From the NCBI GenBank assembly GCA_019136675.1, contig JAGVTV010000004.1:11010-75009 (forward strand): a DNA stretch of 64,000 nt, in the 5' to 3' direction. Under the pieces are notes generated by a model that searched no databases, had not been told where the DNA came from, and saw only the letters and a list, made by a program, of their open reading frames with translations. Both the position numbers and the translations under genes were made by a program. This document shows, piece by piece, positions 1 to 9,202 of the stretch (its first letter is position 1; the number at the start of each line of letters is the position of its first letter). The DNA is from Bacteroidota bacterium (lineage in GTDB: Bacteria > Bacteroidota > Bacteroidia > Chitinophagales > Saprospiraceae).

Positions 1-2193
1 ATTGTTAATGCCAAGAGTGTTTCCACTGAGTGCATTATATCCGACTGCAACGTTATAAGAACCGCTGCTGTTGGAAAATAAAGCTCCTGTACCTACCGCT
101 GTGTTTACATTTCCATCCGTATTTCCAAACATGGCGGTGGATCCTATGGCCACATTGCCGAAACCTTCAAAGTTGGCACTTAGGCTGTTGGTACCAATTG
201 ATACATTAGAATGACCTGTTTCATTGGCAAAAAGAGCATGGTAACCAAGTCCTGTATTGGAGTGGCCGGAAATATTGCCGAACATTGAAGCAAGACCGAC
301 CGTCGTATTCCGGTCCCCTGATATATTATTAAACAAGGTTTGATTACCTATAGCAAGATTTTCTGATCCCATGGTATTTGAATACATGGATTTTGATCCG
401 ATGGCCATGTTGTCGATGGCTTTGTTTAAATCACTTTGTCCAAACCCGTTCCAGTACAGCGTGGAATCTCCGATTGAAATAGTATAACTTCGATTTTTAG
501 CATATGCCTGTGCATTGTCTCCTATTGCAACATTGTTATTACCACCTTCAATAATTCCTAAAGCATATCTTCCCAAAGCTATATTCCGGTTACCTGATAA
601 AAAGTTCATCATTGCCCTAAAACCAATAGAAACATTAGCCTGACCTTTTTCTCCCAGAAGCAGAGATTCAAAGCCTACAGCAACATTTTGACTTCCAGTT
701 TTATTTCCCCAAAGAGAATATTGACCAAAACCAGTATTATGGTTTCCTGTTGAATTATAAACTCCGCTTAAATGGCCAACAAATGAATTGCCAAATCCCG
801 AGCTAATATCACTGCTTGTTACATTATTCAGTCCGGCATCCTGTCCTATAAACAAACCCCCTCTATGGTTTGTAAATTGTATCATAGGGTTGCCGCCGGC
901 ATTTTTTTGAAAAACCCAATACTCTTCACCAGAAAGATTATGTCTTATCTTATCATCATTTAGTGTTTTTTCCGTTTCTACAAATGTGTTACCATCTGTA
1001 TCAGAAATCTTTGTGAGGTTAAGTGCCTGAAACTGAATGGTATTACCATTGCTTATAGATAATTTTCTTTCATTTGCATCATAGGATAAATTTTGGATCT
1101 CATTGGTATTGCTGAGGTCACCTGTATTCTGGATGGTGCCGTTGGTGATTGAGATTCCGGTGCCTGGATTGAGTGTCTGAATGACGCCGGGAGCCAGATC
1201 CTCCTGCACAATGGTACCGTTATGGATATGTCTGGATTCAATGGCGTTATCCTTGATGTCGAGAGGACTGGTCTGGGTACCGTTTCCTTGGAGCGTAGGA
1301 TTGGAAACCACGACCTGGGTGCCCCAGTTGTCTGCCCCTGTAGGCAGAGGTACGCTGCCGCCGCCTGACGATAGATTCAGGATGTTGCCGTTCAGGGTCA
1401 GAGTCTGGATCTCATTGGTATTGCTGAGGTCACCTGTATTCTGGATGGTGCCGTTGGTAATCGAGATGCCGGTACCTGGATTGAGCGTCTGAATGACACC
1501 GGGAGCCAGATCCTCCAGCACAATGGTACCGTTATGGATATGTCTGGATTCAATGGCGTTATCCTTGATGTCGAGAGGACTGGTCTGGGTACCATTTCCT
1601 TGGAGCGTAGGATTGGAAACCACGACCTGGGTGCCCCAGTTGTCTGCTCCTGTAGGCAGAGGTACGCTGCCACCGCCTGACGATAGATGCAGGATGTTGC
1701 CGTTTAGGGTCAGAGTCTGGATCTCATTGGTATTGCTGAGGTCACCTGTATTCTGGATGGTGCCGTTGGTGATCGAGATGCCGGTACCTGGATTGAGATT
1801 GGTTTTCTCTGCATACAATGCATACGGAACCGTCAAAAGGGGCTGTATCGAAGTGAGTTCATAATTTGATCCTCCATCAGGATCTATTTCTACTTTTAAA
1901 AAATACGTCCCAGTGCTCCAGTTAATTTGCAGGAGGTTCCCGGTAGTATTGTCACCTCGCCCGATTAAGACATTGGCCAGCCCAAAAACATTGGTCGATG
2001 TATTGTGATTTTCAGAAAAAACCACATTGCCATTTTCACCACCTTGCAATAAACTGATTCTGACGCTCAATTCTTTATTTTCGAGTGGCTTTCCATCCTG
2101 ATTTCTGACCACAGTTTGGAAATTTATTGCATCGGGTACCTGTGCCAGTGAAAGCAAAGGCCACAGGCACACCATGATTAATATTCGTTTCAT
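1..2193 (-). CDS. Secreted tail-fibre / Hep_Hag-like repeat protein, 3' end cut by the window edge (731 codons visible)
   Basis: Open frame on the minus strand from ATG at 2193-2191 to position 1, with no stop; 2193 nt is exactly 731 codons. It is absent from the ORF track because no stop lies in the window. The N-terminus MKRILIMVCLWPLLSLAQ looks like a signal peptide. It is followed by the AINFQTVVRNQDGKPL...LSVRISLLQGGENG module, then 2.26 copies of a 104-aa repeat, then about 14-residue G-x-x-N-[VT]-[AS]-[IV]-G-x-x-[AS]-[LM] periodic repeats (NVAVGFESLL, NVSIGFRAMM, NIALGRYAL, NVAIGDNAQA, NVAIGSTAMF, NVAVGYNAL). These resemble trimeric autotransporter head or phage tail-fibre beta-helix repeats. 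Confidence 0.8.
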   Translation of the reverse strand, partial: MKRILIMVCLWPLLSLAQVPDAINFQTVVRNQDGKPLENKELSVRISLLQGGENGNVVFSENHNTSTNVFGLANVLIGRGDNTTGNLLQINWSTGTYFLKVEIDPDGGSNYELTSIQPLLTVPYALYAEKTNLNPGTGISITNGTIQNTGDLSNTNEIQTLTLNGNILHLSSGGGSVPLPTGADNWGTQVVVSNPTLQGNGTQTSPLDIKDNAIESRHIHNGTIVLEDLAPGVIQTLNPGTGISITNGTIQNTGDLSNTNEIQTLTLNGNILNLSSGGGSVPLPTGADNWGTQVVVSNPTLQGNGTQTSPLDIKDNAIESRHIHNGTIVQEDLAPGVIQTLNPGTGISITNGTIQNTGDLSNTNEIQNLSYDANERKLSISNGNTIQFQALNLTKISDTDGNTFVETEKTLNDDKIRHNLSGEEYWVFQKNAGGNPMIQFTNHRGGLFIGQDAGLNNVTSSDISSGFGNSFVGHLSGVYNSTGNHNTGFGQYSLWGNKTGSQNVAVGFESLLLGEKGQANVSIGFRAMMNFLSGNRNIALGRYALGIIEGGNNNVAIGDNAQAYAKNRSYTISIGDSTLYWNGFGQSDLNKAIDNMAIGSKSMYSNTMGSENLAIGNQTLFNNISGDRNTTVGLASMFGNISGHSNTGLGYHALFANETGHSNVSIGTNSLSANFEGFGNVAIGSTAMFGNTDGNVNTAVGTGALFSNSSGSYNVAVGYNALSGNTLGINN
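1094..1797. repeat. Near-identical 312-bp tandem repeat, about 2.26 copies, in frame inside the repeat-protein CDS
   Basis: The string ggatctcattggtattgctgaggtcacctgtattctggatggtgcc recurs at 1095, 1407 and 1719, a period of exactly 312 bp (104 codons). The two alternate-frame ORFs in the track (1181-1492 and 1493-1864) differ by only a few residues, so the copies are roughly 98 percent identical. Confidence 0.95.
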
Positions 2194-2669
2194 ATCTTAA
2201 TAAATTTTATCGATTTTGATGTTGAGTTTTCAGAGTCCGATAACCGGATAACATAGAAGCCCTGCGGCAAATGATCAATTTGGATGGGCTTCCCTACCCA
2301 AATTCCAGCCATCAGAATTTTAGCTTCTGCATTCAGAATTTTGAAATGTAATTTTGAGTTTTTCGATGATAATTGAATGATTGTAATGGCAGGATTTGGA
2401 AACAACCCCAGAGCATCAACATTCAATTCAGTGTTAAAATTAATAAGGAATGGGTCAGGCTGAAGCACCCCGGACGTGGCATAAAATTGGTTATTTATGC
2501 TGAATAAAGTTAAACTTGCCGCTTCCCCAACAGAGAACTGGAAATTGTTTTGATTACTAAAATACTGCCCTCCCGCACAATTGATTGCATACTGAGTACT
2601 TACACTTCCTGCATAAAACAACATCAGCCATACCATCATTACCTTTTTCGCTTTACCTAGCATTGCCAT
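2190..2669 (-). CDS. Small secreted protein with a T9SS type-A C-terminal sorting domain
   Basis: 159 aa with a hydrophobic N-terminus. The C-terminus LFPNPAITIIQL...HLPQGFYVIRLSDSENSTSKSIKFIKI matches the T9SS CTD pattern (PNP..., L..G.Y....., K..K). Its stop TGA (2192-2190) overlaps the ATG (2193-2191) of the downstream repeat protein as ATGA. Confidence 0.75.
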   Translation of the reverse strand: MAMLGKAKKVMMVWLMLFYAGSVSTQYAINCAGGQYFSNQNNFQFSVGEAASLTLFSINNQFYATSGVLQPDPFLINFNTELNVDALGLFPNPAITIIQLSSKNSKLHFKILNAEAKILMAGIWVGKPIQIDHLPQGFYVIRLSDSENSTSKSIKFIKI

Positions 2670-2836
2670 TCTGTTTTTATTGTTAAAAATCTTTCACCCA
2701 ACCTTGAAATATAAATTATCCTTACTAAAAATCAATGACATGAATCATTTCCTGCCATGATGATTTAAAGGGAAAATTGAAATTAACGATGATTCAAATT
2801 TTAATATGAGAAGTTACTGAATTCTAAATGTTTAAT

Positions 2837-2870
2837 AAAAAAAAAGGGGAGTTAAATGCTCCCCTTTTTT
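2837..2870. terminator. Rho-independent terminator, bidirectional in form, downstream of the 2888-3949 gene
   Basis: A-run, then GGGGAG (2846-2851), loop TTAAATG, CTCCCC (2859-2864), then a T-run. Confidence 0.7.
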
Positions 2871-2887
2871 AATTAAATCCATACATA

Positions 2888-3949
2888 TTATTCCGGCTCC
2901 ATCTTGACAAATTTTTTGGCGAAGTTTAAATCCTTGCCCTGAATCTGCAAGATGTAGATGCCCAAAGGCAATGATGTGATGTCTATTGTGTGTAAATCGT
3001 CGTTGGCAAATGTTTTAACCATAATCTGTTCTCCGGAAATATCTGTCAGTGAAACCGTAATCAGTCCGTGGTCGTATTTGTTGATGCCAAAACAGAGTTC
3101 ATTACTACCCGGATTTGGATAAACTGATACTACCTGGCTGAATTCCCGCTGAAGTGACATAATTCTGCTGTAGACAAAACTACCCTCAACGTCGACGGAC
3201 TTAATTCTGTAAAAGGTCATATCATATGGCTGGTAATCTATAGCAGTATAATATTTTATAACATTTTCACCACTGATGGAGAGTTGTCTGGCAAATGGCG
3301 TCCACTTTTTACCATCATGACTTTTTTCAACATCAAAGTAACTGTTTCCCCACTCGGTAATTGTAGACCAGGTAACCATGTTTGTAGCATGCAGGGGTAC
3401 AACCTCCATTGCTGCCATTTCCACACTAAGGGGAGATTGAGCCTTAAATACATCACACAGGCTAACCTGTGCATGGCTGTTGACACAAAGGTAGACTTCA
3501 GTCATTGAATTGGGAGGAAACACAGGATAAATTATAGTCTGTGAACCCGGGAGGATGGCTGTTGCTGTACAAACGCTTCCATTTACGGTATAAACACCAT
3601 CAAGGTTTCCTTCACAACTGCTGCCCTGACCCACATGCATTATAGAATACACTGTTTCCCCGGCAGTATTATCAAATTTGAACTTATAGCAATGGTGTGC
3701 GGGCATATTACCATCCATACAGTCTGCACAATCCACAGCATTAACATCCCCTGTAAAATGGGCTCCGGGCAGACCCGAATTTATATCAGGAATATCATTG
3801 GTGACAGAAATCAGCATTGAACATTTGTTGCAATCCGTCAATATTCCCGGACACATAGGATCCCAACCCTGAGACGTAATGTGATTTGTTAACAAAAACA
3901 TACACATCACCCATCCCGTCTTTTTAAATACATTAGTCAAGAGAGACAT
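2888..3949 (-). CDS. Cys-rich secreted protein with a T9SS type-A C-terminal sorting domain
   Basis: 353 aa with a hydrophobic N-terminus. The N-terminal half is Cys-rich and has no family I recognise. The C-terminus VYPNPGSNELCFGI...LPLGIYILQIQGKDLNFAKKFVKM is a T9SS CTD. Confidence 0.75.
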   Translation of the reverse strand: MSLLTNVFKKTGWVMCMFLLTNHITSQGWDPMCPGILTDCNKCSMLISVTNDIPDINSGLPGAHFTGDVNAVDCADCMDGNMPAHHCYKFKFDNTAGETVYSIMHVGQGSSCEGNLDGVYTVNGSVCTATAILPGSQTIIYPVFPPNSMTEVYLCVNSHAQVSLCDVFKAQSPLSVEMAAMEVVPLHATNMVTWSTITEWGNSYFDVEKSHDGKKWTPFARQLSISGENVIKYYTAIDYQPYDMTFYRIKSVDVEGSFVYSRIMSLQREFSQVVSVYPNPGSNELCFGINKYDHGLITVSLTDISGEQIMVKTFANDDLHTIDITSLPLGIYILQIQGKDLNFAKKFVKMEPE

Positions 3950-4132
3950 TGTATTAAATTTTAAGTATATAAAAGTACATTTTACTACACCCGTAATATA
4001 TTCCGTAAGCAGAAAAAATCAATGACCTGGATCATACCTTCATATGATTTAGTTATGATGTTCTGTCTTCCGAAAGGATAAAGATTCCTGATCTGAATAC
4101 CAAATGACGGATTCGCAGGTTTCGTAAGGCTG

Positions 4133-5770
4133 TTAATTCAGGTATTTGCCTACTATGGGGACTCTGCGACCCACCCCAAACGCCTTTGGGCTCACCCTGA
4201 GTACCGGGGCTGTCTGGTGCCTTTTAAATTCATTGATATTGACAAGCCGGAGCACCCTTCTTACCAGGGCCGGATCGTAGCCCATGTCGATGATATCCTG
4301 GGGTCCCTGTCTCTTTTCTATGTATTGAAACAGGATTGGGTCCAGAATGTCATATTCCGGAAGGCTGTCACTGTCCTTCTGTCCTGGACGGAGCTCAGCT
4401 GAAGGTGGCTTGATGATAGAATTTTTTGGGATGACTTCCTCGTCCTTATTGATATAGGCAGCGAGTTCGTACACTTCGGTCTTATACACATCCCCTATGA
4501 CAGATAGTCCGCCGCAAAGGTCACCATAAAGCGTGCCATAGCCTACTGCCATTTCACTTTTATTGGTGGTGTTGAGCAGGATGTTTCCAAATTTGTTTGA
4601 CAGGGCCATATTGAGCGTTCCCCTGACCCTGGCCTGTATATTTTCTTCCGTTACATTAAATGGCATGCCTTCAAACAAGGGGGACAGTTTGTCCATAAAG
4701 GCATCGTATATGTCCTTTATCGGTATGATGTCATGTTTAATGCCCAGTTTATTTACAAGGTCCATGGCATCGTCTACTGAGTGGTGGGTCGAAAACTGTG
4801 AGGGCATAAGAAGCACACGAACATTTTCGGGACCCAAAGCCCGGGCTGCCAGCACGGCTGTCACCGCTGAGTCAATACCTCCTGAAAGGCCCAGTATAGC
4901 TTTGCTGAAACCCAGCTTACGAAAATAGTCTTTGATACCCATCACGATGCCGTCGTGTATGAGAGCGATTTTATTCTTGGGTTGCTCATGGCTTTGGTCC
5001 CCTTTGAGTACGCCTTCCAGCGAAAAATGCCGGATGCATTCCACAAAGTAAGGGAGCTCTTCGTGTACCATCCCGTTTTGGGAGACTACCAGGCTGCCTC
5101 CGTCAAAAAGCAGTTCAGTCTGTGCCCCGCAATGGTTAATGTAAAACATGGGTATCCCATAACGCTGCACATTGGCCCGTACAGTATGGATCCTGTTTTT
5201 GGCGTGCCCGTAATTAAAGGGCGAAGCCGAAACATTAATGATAAAATCAGGCGAAAACTTCATCATCTCGTCCATGGGTATGATGGTGTACAGCGGGTCA
5301 TCCGTACCGACATCCCATATGTCTTCGCAGACAGTCAGGGCTATTTTTTTGCCTTTGTATTCCACCACTTCCCACGACTTGGCAGGCTCGAAGTACCTGT
5401 ATTCGTCAAAAATGTCATAGGTGGGCAACAGTGTCTTATGCTGGACAAACTTAATCTCACCGTCAGCCAGAAAATATACGGAATTGAACAAGCTTTTACC
5501 CTTGGGGTTACGGTTGTGCGACGGAGCACCCACAACCACGGCTATATCCTTAGCATAGGTACACAAGAGTGCCAGGGACTCGTCCGACAACCTTATAAAA
5601 TCATCAAACTCAAGAAAATCCCTGGGCGGATATCCGCATGTGGCCAGCTCACTGAAACACACTATGTCAGACCCGGCTTCCTTTGCCATCCTGATGGCTT
5701 CCACCATCTTGGCCGTATTGCCTTCAAAATTTCCTATGTGGTAGTCCAGTTGGGCAATGGTGATCTTCAT
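4133..5770 (-). CDS. nadE: Glutamine-dependent NAD+ synthetase
   Basis: 545 aa. N-terminal CN-hydrolase domain (MKITIAQLDYHIGNFEGN..., CFSELATCGYPPRD, LTVCEDIW) fused to an NAD synthetase domain with the LGLSGGIDSAV PP-loop. Confidence 0.95.
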   Translation of the reverse strand: MKITIAQLDYHIGNFEGNTAKMVEAIRMAKEAGSDIVCFSELATCGYPPRDFLEFDDFIRLSDESLALLCTYAKDIAVVVGAPSHNRNPKGKSLFNSVYFLADGEIKFVQHKTLLPTYDIFDEYRYFEPAKSWEVVEYKGKKIALTVCEDIWDVGTDDPLYTIIPMDEMMKFSPDFIINVSASPFNYGHAKNRIHTVRANVQRYGIPMFYINHCGAQTELLFDGGSLVVSQNGMVHEELPYFVECIRHFSLEGVLKGDQSHEQPKNKIALIHDGIVMGIKDYFRKLGFSKAILGLSGGIDSAVTAVLAARALGPENVRVLLMPSQFSTHHSVDDAMDLVNKLGIKHDIIPIKDIYDAFMDKLSPLFEGMPFNVTEENIQARVRGTLNMALSNKFGNILLNTTNKSEMAVGYGTLYGDLCGGLSVIGDVYKTEVYELAAYINKDEEVIPKNSIIKPPSAELRPGQKDSDSLPEYDILDPILFQYIEKRQGPQDIIDMGYDPALVRRVLRLVNINEFKRHQTAPVLRVSPKAFGVGRRVPIVGKYLN

Positions 5771-5852
5771 GGGATGAATTTATTTTGGTGGTATTTATGA
5801 CTTTTTATACAGGGCGAAAGTAACAAATGAAGCGGACTTATGGCCCGGTTTT

Positions 5853-7202
5853 TTAAATGCCTTCCGGCGAATGATTCCGGCCAAACCCCGCCCTGAACCA
5901 AAAAAAGGCTGTGAAAAAGCCGTAAAAGAAGAGGGGCAACTGATTTTCCAGGTGGGTTTCAAAGGTAAAGCTGCCTGCTGCAGGAATAAAAAATGCACAA
6001 AAGAGGGTATTGGTCAGCAAGGTCTTTCTTGTCAAGGGCCATATTAAGTGAAAAAGTATCACCAGCAGGCCCGCCACACCTGCCGATGCCCAGTAAATGA
6101 TGATCTGCGATGTGGGCAGGAAATAGTTTTTTTGTTCTATTTCCGGTCGATTGGCTTTGTACCATTCATTGACATGGCCCTGCAGCCTGCTGAATCCGGT
6201 CCCCAGCCAGGGATGAGACCTGATGATGTCCTTTCCTGCCATCAGCGAATAAAACCTGTTGGCATCGCTTAGACCTTCACGGTATTCGCCCCGCGAATAA
6301 TATTCAAAATCATATTTTATAAAATTTACCCTTTGCTCAAAGCTGGGTATGGTCTTGTATGCTATCACCGGCACAGCCATCATAAGCGGGATCAGCACGG
6401 CCGCCATCCACTTCCGTTGTCCGGGAAGACTCCATATCAGGTAGATCAGCAGTCCGGCATATAGCAAAAGCAGACCTGTCTTGGAGCCCAGCACATGCAG
6501 GAAGCCAAACTGTGCAGCTGCATACAAATACAGCAGGCCTCCCGACCATCTGAAGGGGCTTTTTCTTGCCATATCTGCTGCCAGCAGGCAACTCACGGCT
6601 GTAGCCCATCCTATCCTTATGTGGTCCTTTTTAGACAATGTGAGCACCACTCCTGACTGCTTGTAGGTCATGTACATGTTTTTAAAATCCGTCAGGTAAT
6701 GATACATACTGTAAACAGTGGACACTGCCATCAGCACAAGAAACAGGATACTGATACGCCTGATATCCCTGTCCGAAGGTTGCCAGGCCATAAAAAACAA
6801 GGGAAAAACGGGCAGCATTAACTTCATATCTCCCCTGTACAGATAAAACCGAGTACCCTCCAGCAGCAGGTCACTGACCCATGGCACCATTGCTATCAAA
6901 ACAAAGGAGATCATCCAGGGGTCCTGCAGCAGTTTTTTAGCCTCCCGGATCCGGATGAGGGTATAGACAGCGATAAGGAAAAAACCGATATTATTGACCA
7001 CACGATTAAAGAGAAAACCAATAAGCAGCAGGCAGACTCCTGTATAGGCAAGTATTTCTGCTTTCGCCAAAAATTTTTTGTCCCTGAGTACGGTATTCAT
7101 TCCTTTCTGTGCATTACCGGAGATAAACGTAACACATACATACAATATTATAGCCGTAAATCGGGGTAAATTGTTTTTAAAACCATTTGACCCAGCTGTC
7201 AC
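5853..7202 (-). CDS. Polytopic membrane protein, O-antigen ligase (Wzy_C)-like
   Basis: 449 aa with at least 10 hydrophobic segments. A large loop is followed by HPWLGTGFS and a terminal helix pair, as in the O-antigen ligase family. The track start is GTG; an ATG at 7100 (MNTVLRDKKF) is an alternative start. Confidence 0.5.
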   Translation of the reverse strand: MTAGSNGFKNNLPRFTAIILYVCVTFISGNAQKGMNTVLRDKKFLAKAEILAYTGVCLLLIGFLFNRVVNNIGFFLIAVYTLIRIREAKKLLQDPWMISFVLIAMVPWVSDLLLEGTRFYLYRGDMKLMLPVFPLFFMAWQPSDRDIRRISILFLVLMAVSTVYSMYHYLTDFKNMYMTYKQSGVVLTLSKKDHIRIGWATAVSCLLAADMARKSPFRWSGGLLYLYAAAQFGFLHVLGSKTGLLLLYAGLLIYLIWSLPGQRKWMAAVLIPLMMAVPVIAYKTIPSFEQRVNFIKYDFEYYSRGEYREGLSDANRFYSLMAGKDIIRSHPWLGTGFSRLQGHVNEWYKANRPEIEQKNYFLPTSQIIIYWASAGVAGLLVILFHLIWPLTRKTLLTNTLFCAFFIPAAGSFTFETHLENQLPLFFYGFFTAFFWFRAGFGRNHSPEGI

Positions 7203-7259
7203 CAGGAGTTTTGAAGCAGAAATTTGATGGGCCTCGTTTTCAAAGCTTGGTTAAATGAT

Positions 7260-7267
7260 TAACTTTG
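7260..7267 (+). promoter_or_regulatory. Bacteroidota -7 promoter box TAACTTTG upstream of pheS
   Basis: Exact TAnnTTTG match 31 nt upstream of the pheS ATG. Confidence 0.5.
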
Positions 7268-7298
7268 CCACAGGTTTAACCATAAGAGTAGTAAGATT

Positions 7299-8336
7299 AT
7301 GTCAGAAGATGTTTTTTCAAAGGTCAGGGGAGTATTAAACTCCATCTACGAATTCAGGATCGAAACCACTGATGACCTTGAGTTTTTCAGAGTCCGCTAT
7401 CTCGGTACAAAAAGCGAGGTCAAGGCTTTGTTTGGTGAGATCAAAAATGTGGATAATGACAAAAAGAAGGACTTTGGCATCCTGCTAAATGAGGTAAAGC
7501 AGGCGGCAGAAGACAAATATGCCTCCGTAAAGGCTATCCTGGAAAGTGCTGACGGCACCGGCCTGGATTCAGGTCTCGATCTGACCGCCCCCAGCGAGCC
7601 GATTATTTCAGGGTCAAGGCATCCCGTATCCGTGATACTTAACCAGATTACAGGTATTTTCAGCAGAATAGGATTTACCGTAGCCGAAGAAAGAGAGGTC
7701 GAAGACGACTGGCACAACTTTACCGCCATGAACACCCCGGAAGATCACCCGGCCAGGGATATGCAGGACACCTTTTATCTCAAGGATTCACTTACCCAGC
7801 TGCTCAGGACCCATACCTCTTCGGTGCAGGCCAGGATTATGACCACCCAAAAGCCGCCCATCAGGATTATCGCCCCTGGCAGGGTGTACCGCAACGAAAC
7901 GATCTCATCAAGATCTCATTGCCAGTTTCATCAGGTCGAGGGCCTGTATATCGATGAAGGAGTGACCTTTGCCGATATGAAGCAGACTCTCCTGTATTTT
8001 GCCAGAGAAATGTACGGTCCACAGACCAATATCAGGCTGAGACCAAGTTTTTTCCCTTTTACTGAGCCGAGTGCGGAGATGGATGTTTACTGGGGCCTGA
8101 ATAACGAGGATGATTACCGGATCACCAAAGGTACAGGTTGGCTTGAAATCCTGGGTTGCGGCATGGTAGATCCCAATGTGCTGGTCAACTGCGGCATAGA
8201 CCCTTCCAAGTATTCAGGTTTTGCTTTTGGTATGGGTATAGAGCGTCAGGCCATGCTCAGGTACAAGGTGACGGATATCCGCCAGTTTTTCGAAAATGAT
8301 GTCAGGTTCCTCAGACAATTCAGTGGAGTGATCTGA
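7299..8336 (+). CDS. pheS: Phenylalanine--tRNA ligase alpha subunit
   Basis: 345 aa with class II aaRS motifs (HPARDMQDTFY, RTHTSSVQ, GRVYRNE, FFPFTEPSAEMDV, GCGMVDPNVL, AFGMGIERQAML). Confidence 0.97.
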   Translation: MSEDVFSKVRGVLNSIYEFRIETTDDLEFFRVRYLGTKSEVKALFGEIKNVDNDKKKDFGILLNEVKQAAEDKYASVKAILESADGTGLDSGLDLTAPSEPIISGSRHPVSVILNQITGIFSRIGFTVAEEREVEDDWHNFTAMNTPEDHPARDMQDTFYLKDSLTQLLRTHTSSVQARIMTTQKPPIRIIAPGRVYRNETISSRSHCQFHQVEGLYIDEGVTFADMKQTLLYFAREMYGPQTNIRLRPSFFPFTEPSAEMDVYWGLNNEDDYRITKGTGWLEILGCGMVDPNVLVNCGIDPSKYSGFAFGMGIERQAMLRYKVTDIRQFFENDVRFLRQFSGVI

Positions 8337-9184
8337 TGGACAAAACCCGCCGCCTGGCAGTATTGATGACAGTAGGAGCTGCTTTACTGTGGAGTACGGG
8401 GGGTCTTTTTGTCAAGCTTTTGCAACAGGATGCATTCACTATACTTTTTTACCGCAGCCTCTTTGCAGCTGCCCTGTTTCTTGTAGTATTCAGGCAATCC
8501 CTTTTCCGGGTTAACCGGCTGATGATCGTGAGTGTACTTTTTTACGCACCGCTGCTGATAGCATTTGTTACTTCCACCAAACTGACCACAGCTGCCAATG
8601 CCATTTTTTTGCAATATACTGCTCCGGCCTACGTCCTGCTCCTTGAGCCGTACTTTATCCGCACAAAACTCACCAGGATAAACGTCCTCACCGTCACTGC
8701 CTGCTTTATCGGCATGGTACTGTTTTTTGTGGAGCAGTTTACGGCTCCGGACAATTGGGCAGGGATATTTTTGGCTGCAGCCAATGGGCTTATTTTGGCC
8801 GGATTGCTCATAAGTCAGAAAATGAACAAACCGGAATACCAGCCGGGAGCTGTCTTTTTTGGAAATATCCTGGTCTGCCTCATCACTCTTCCGTGGTTTG
8901 TTTCCGGCCCGTCAATCTCAGCGACTGACGTGGGATATCTTTTGTTTCTGGGCATAGGCCAGCTGGGGCTGGGTTTTGTCCTGTTTCTTTATGGGCAGAA
9001 GCACCTCCCTGCCCTCGAAAGCTCCCTCATAGCTATGCTCGAGCCCCTGCTCAATCCCGTATGGGTTTTTATCGGCTATGGGGAGAAACCCGGTTACTGG
9101 GCCATCCTTGGCGGGGTGGTAATCATGACATCACTGGTCATTCGGATGATACTGCTGGAAAAGAAACAGGTTGCCTCTGGCTGA
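8336..9184 (+). CDS. EamA/DMT family transporter
   Basis: 282 aa with about 10 TM segments in two EamA-like halves. Its start overlaps the pheS stop (TGATG). Confidence 0.8.
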   Translation: MDKTRRLAVLMTVGAALLWSTGGLFVKLLQQDAFTILFYRSLFAAALFLVVFRQSLFRVNRLMIVSVLFYAPLLIAFVTSTKLTTAANAIFLQYTAPAYVLLLEPYFIRTKLTRINVLTVTACFIGMVLFFVEQFTAPDNWAGIFLAAANGLILAGLLISQKMNKPEYQPGAVFFGNILVCLITLPWFVSGPSISATDVGYLLFLGIGQLGLGFVLFLYGQKHLPALESSLIAMLEPLLNPVWVFIGYGEKPGYWAILGGVVIMTSLVIRMILLEKKQVASG

Positions 9185-9202
9185 GCAGTGTCTCCATTAT
9201 GG

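Noticed and set aside
1094-1797. Possible CRISPR array (regular repeats); the same question arises for the 39-bp repeats at 32902-33527
   Set aside because: The 312-bp units abut directly without spacers and lie in frame in a CDS. The 39-bp units occur as adjacent pairs without unique spacers. No cas genes are present.
1181-1864. Two near-identical plus-strand ORFs (103 and 123 aa, MTPGARSS...), plus minus-strand ORFs 1053-1241 and 1398-1673
   Set aside because: They are alternate-frame or antisense readings of the 312-bp tandem repeat. The real gene is the minus-strand frame that stays open from 2193 to position 1 and has a signal peptide and coherent repeat architecture.
4955-5800. 281-aa plus-strand ORF
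   Set aside because: It is antisense to the well-supported nadE gene and has no recognisable motifs. Other long shadow ORFs fall in the same category: 13007-13768, 16664-17104, 19368-19982, 25492-26073, 30982-31644, 32118-32756, 36907-37485, 46457-47014, 61335-61931 and 62730-63245.
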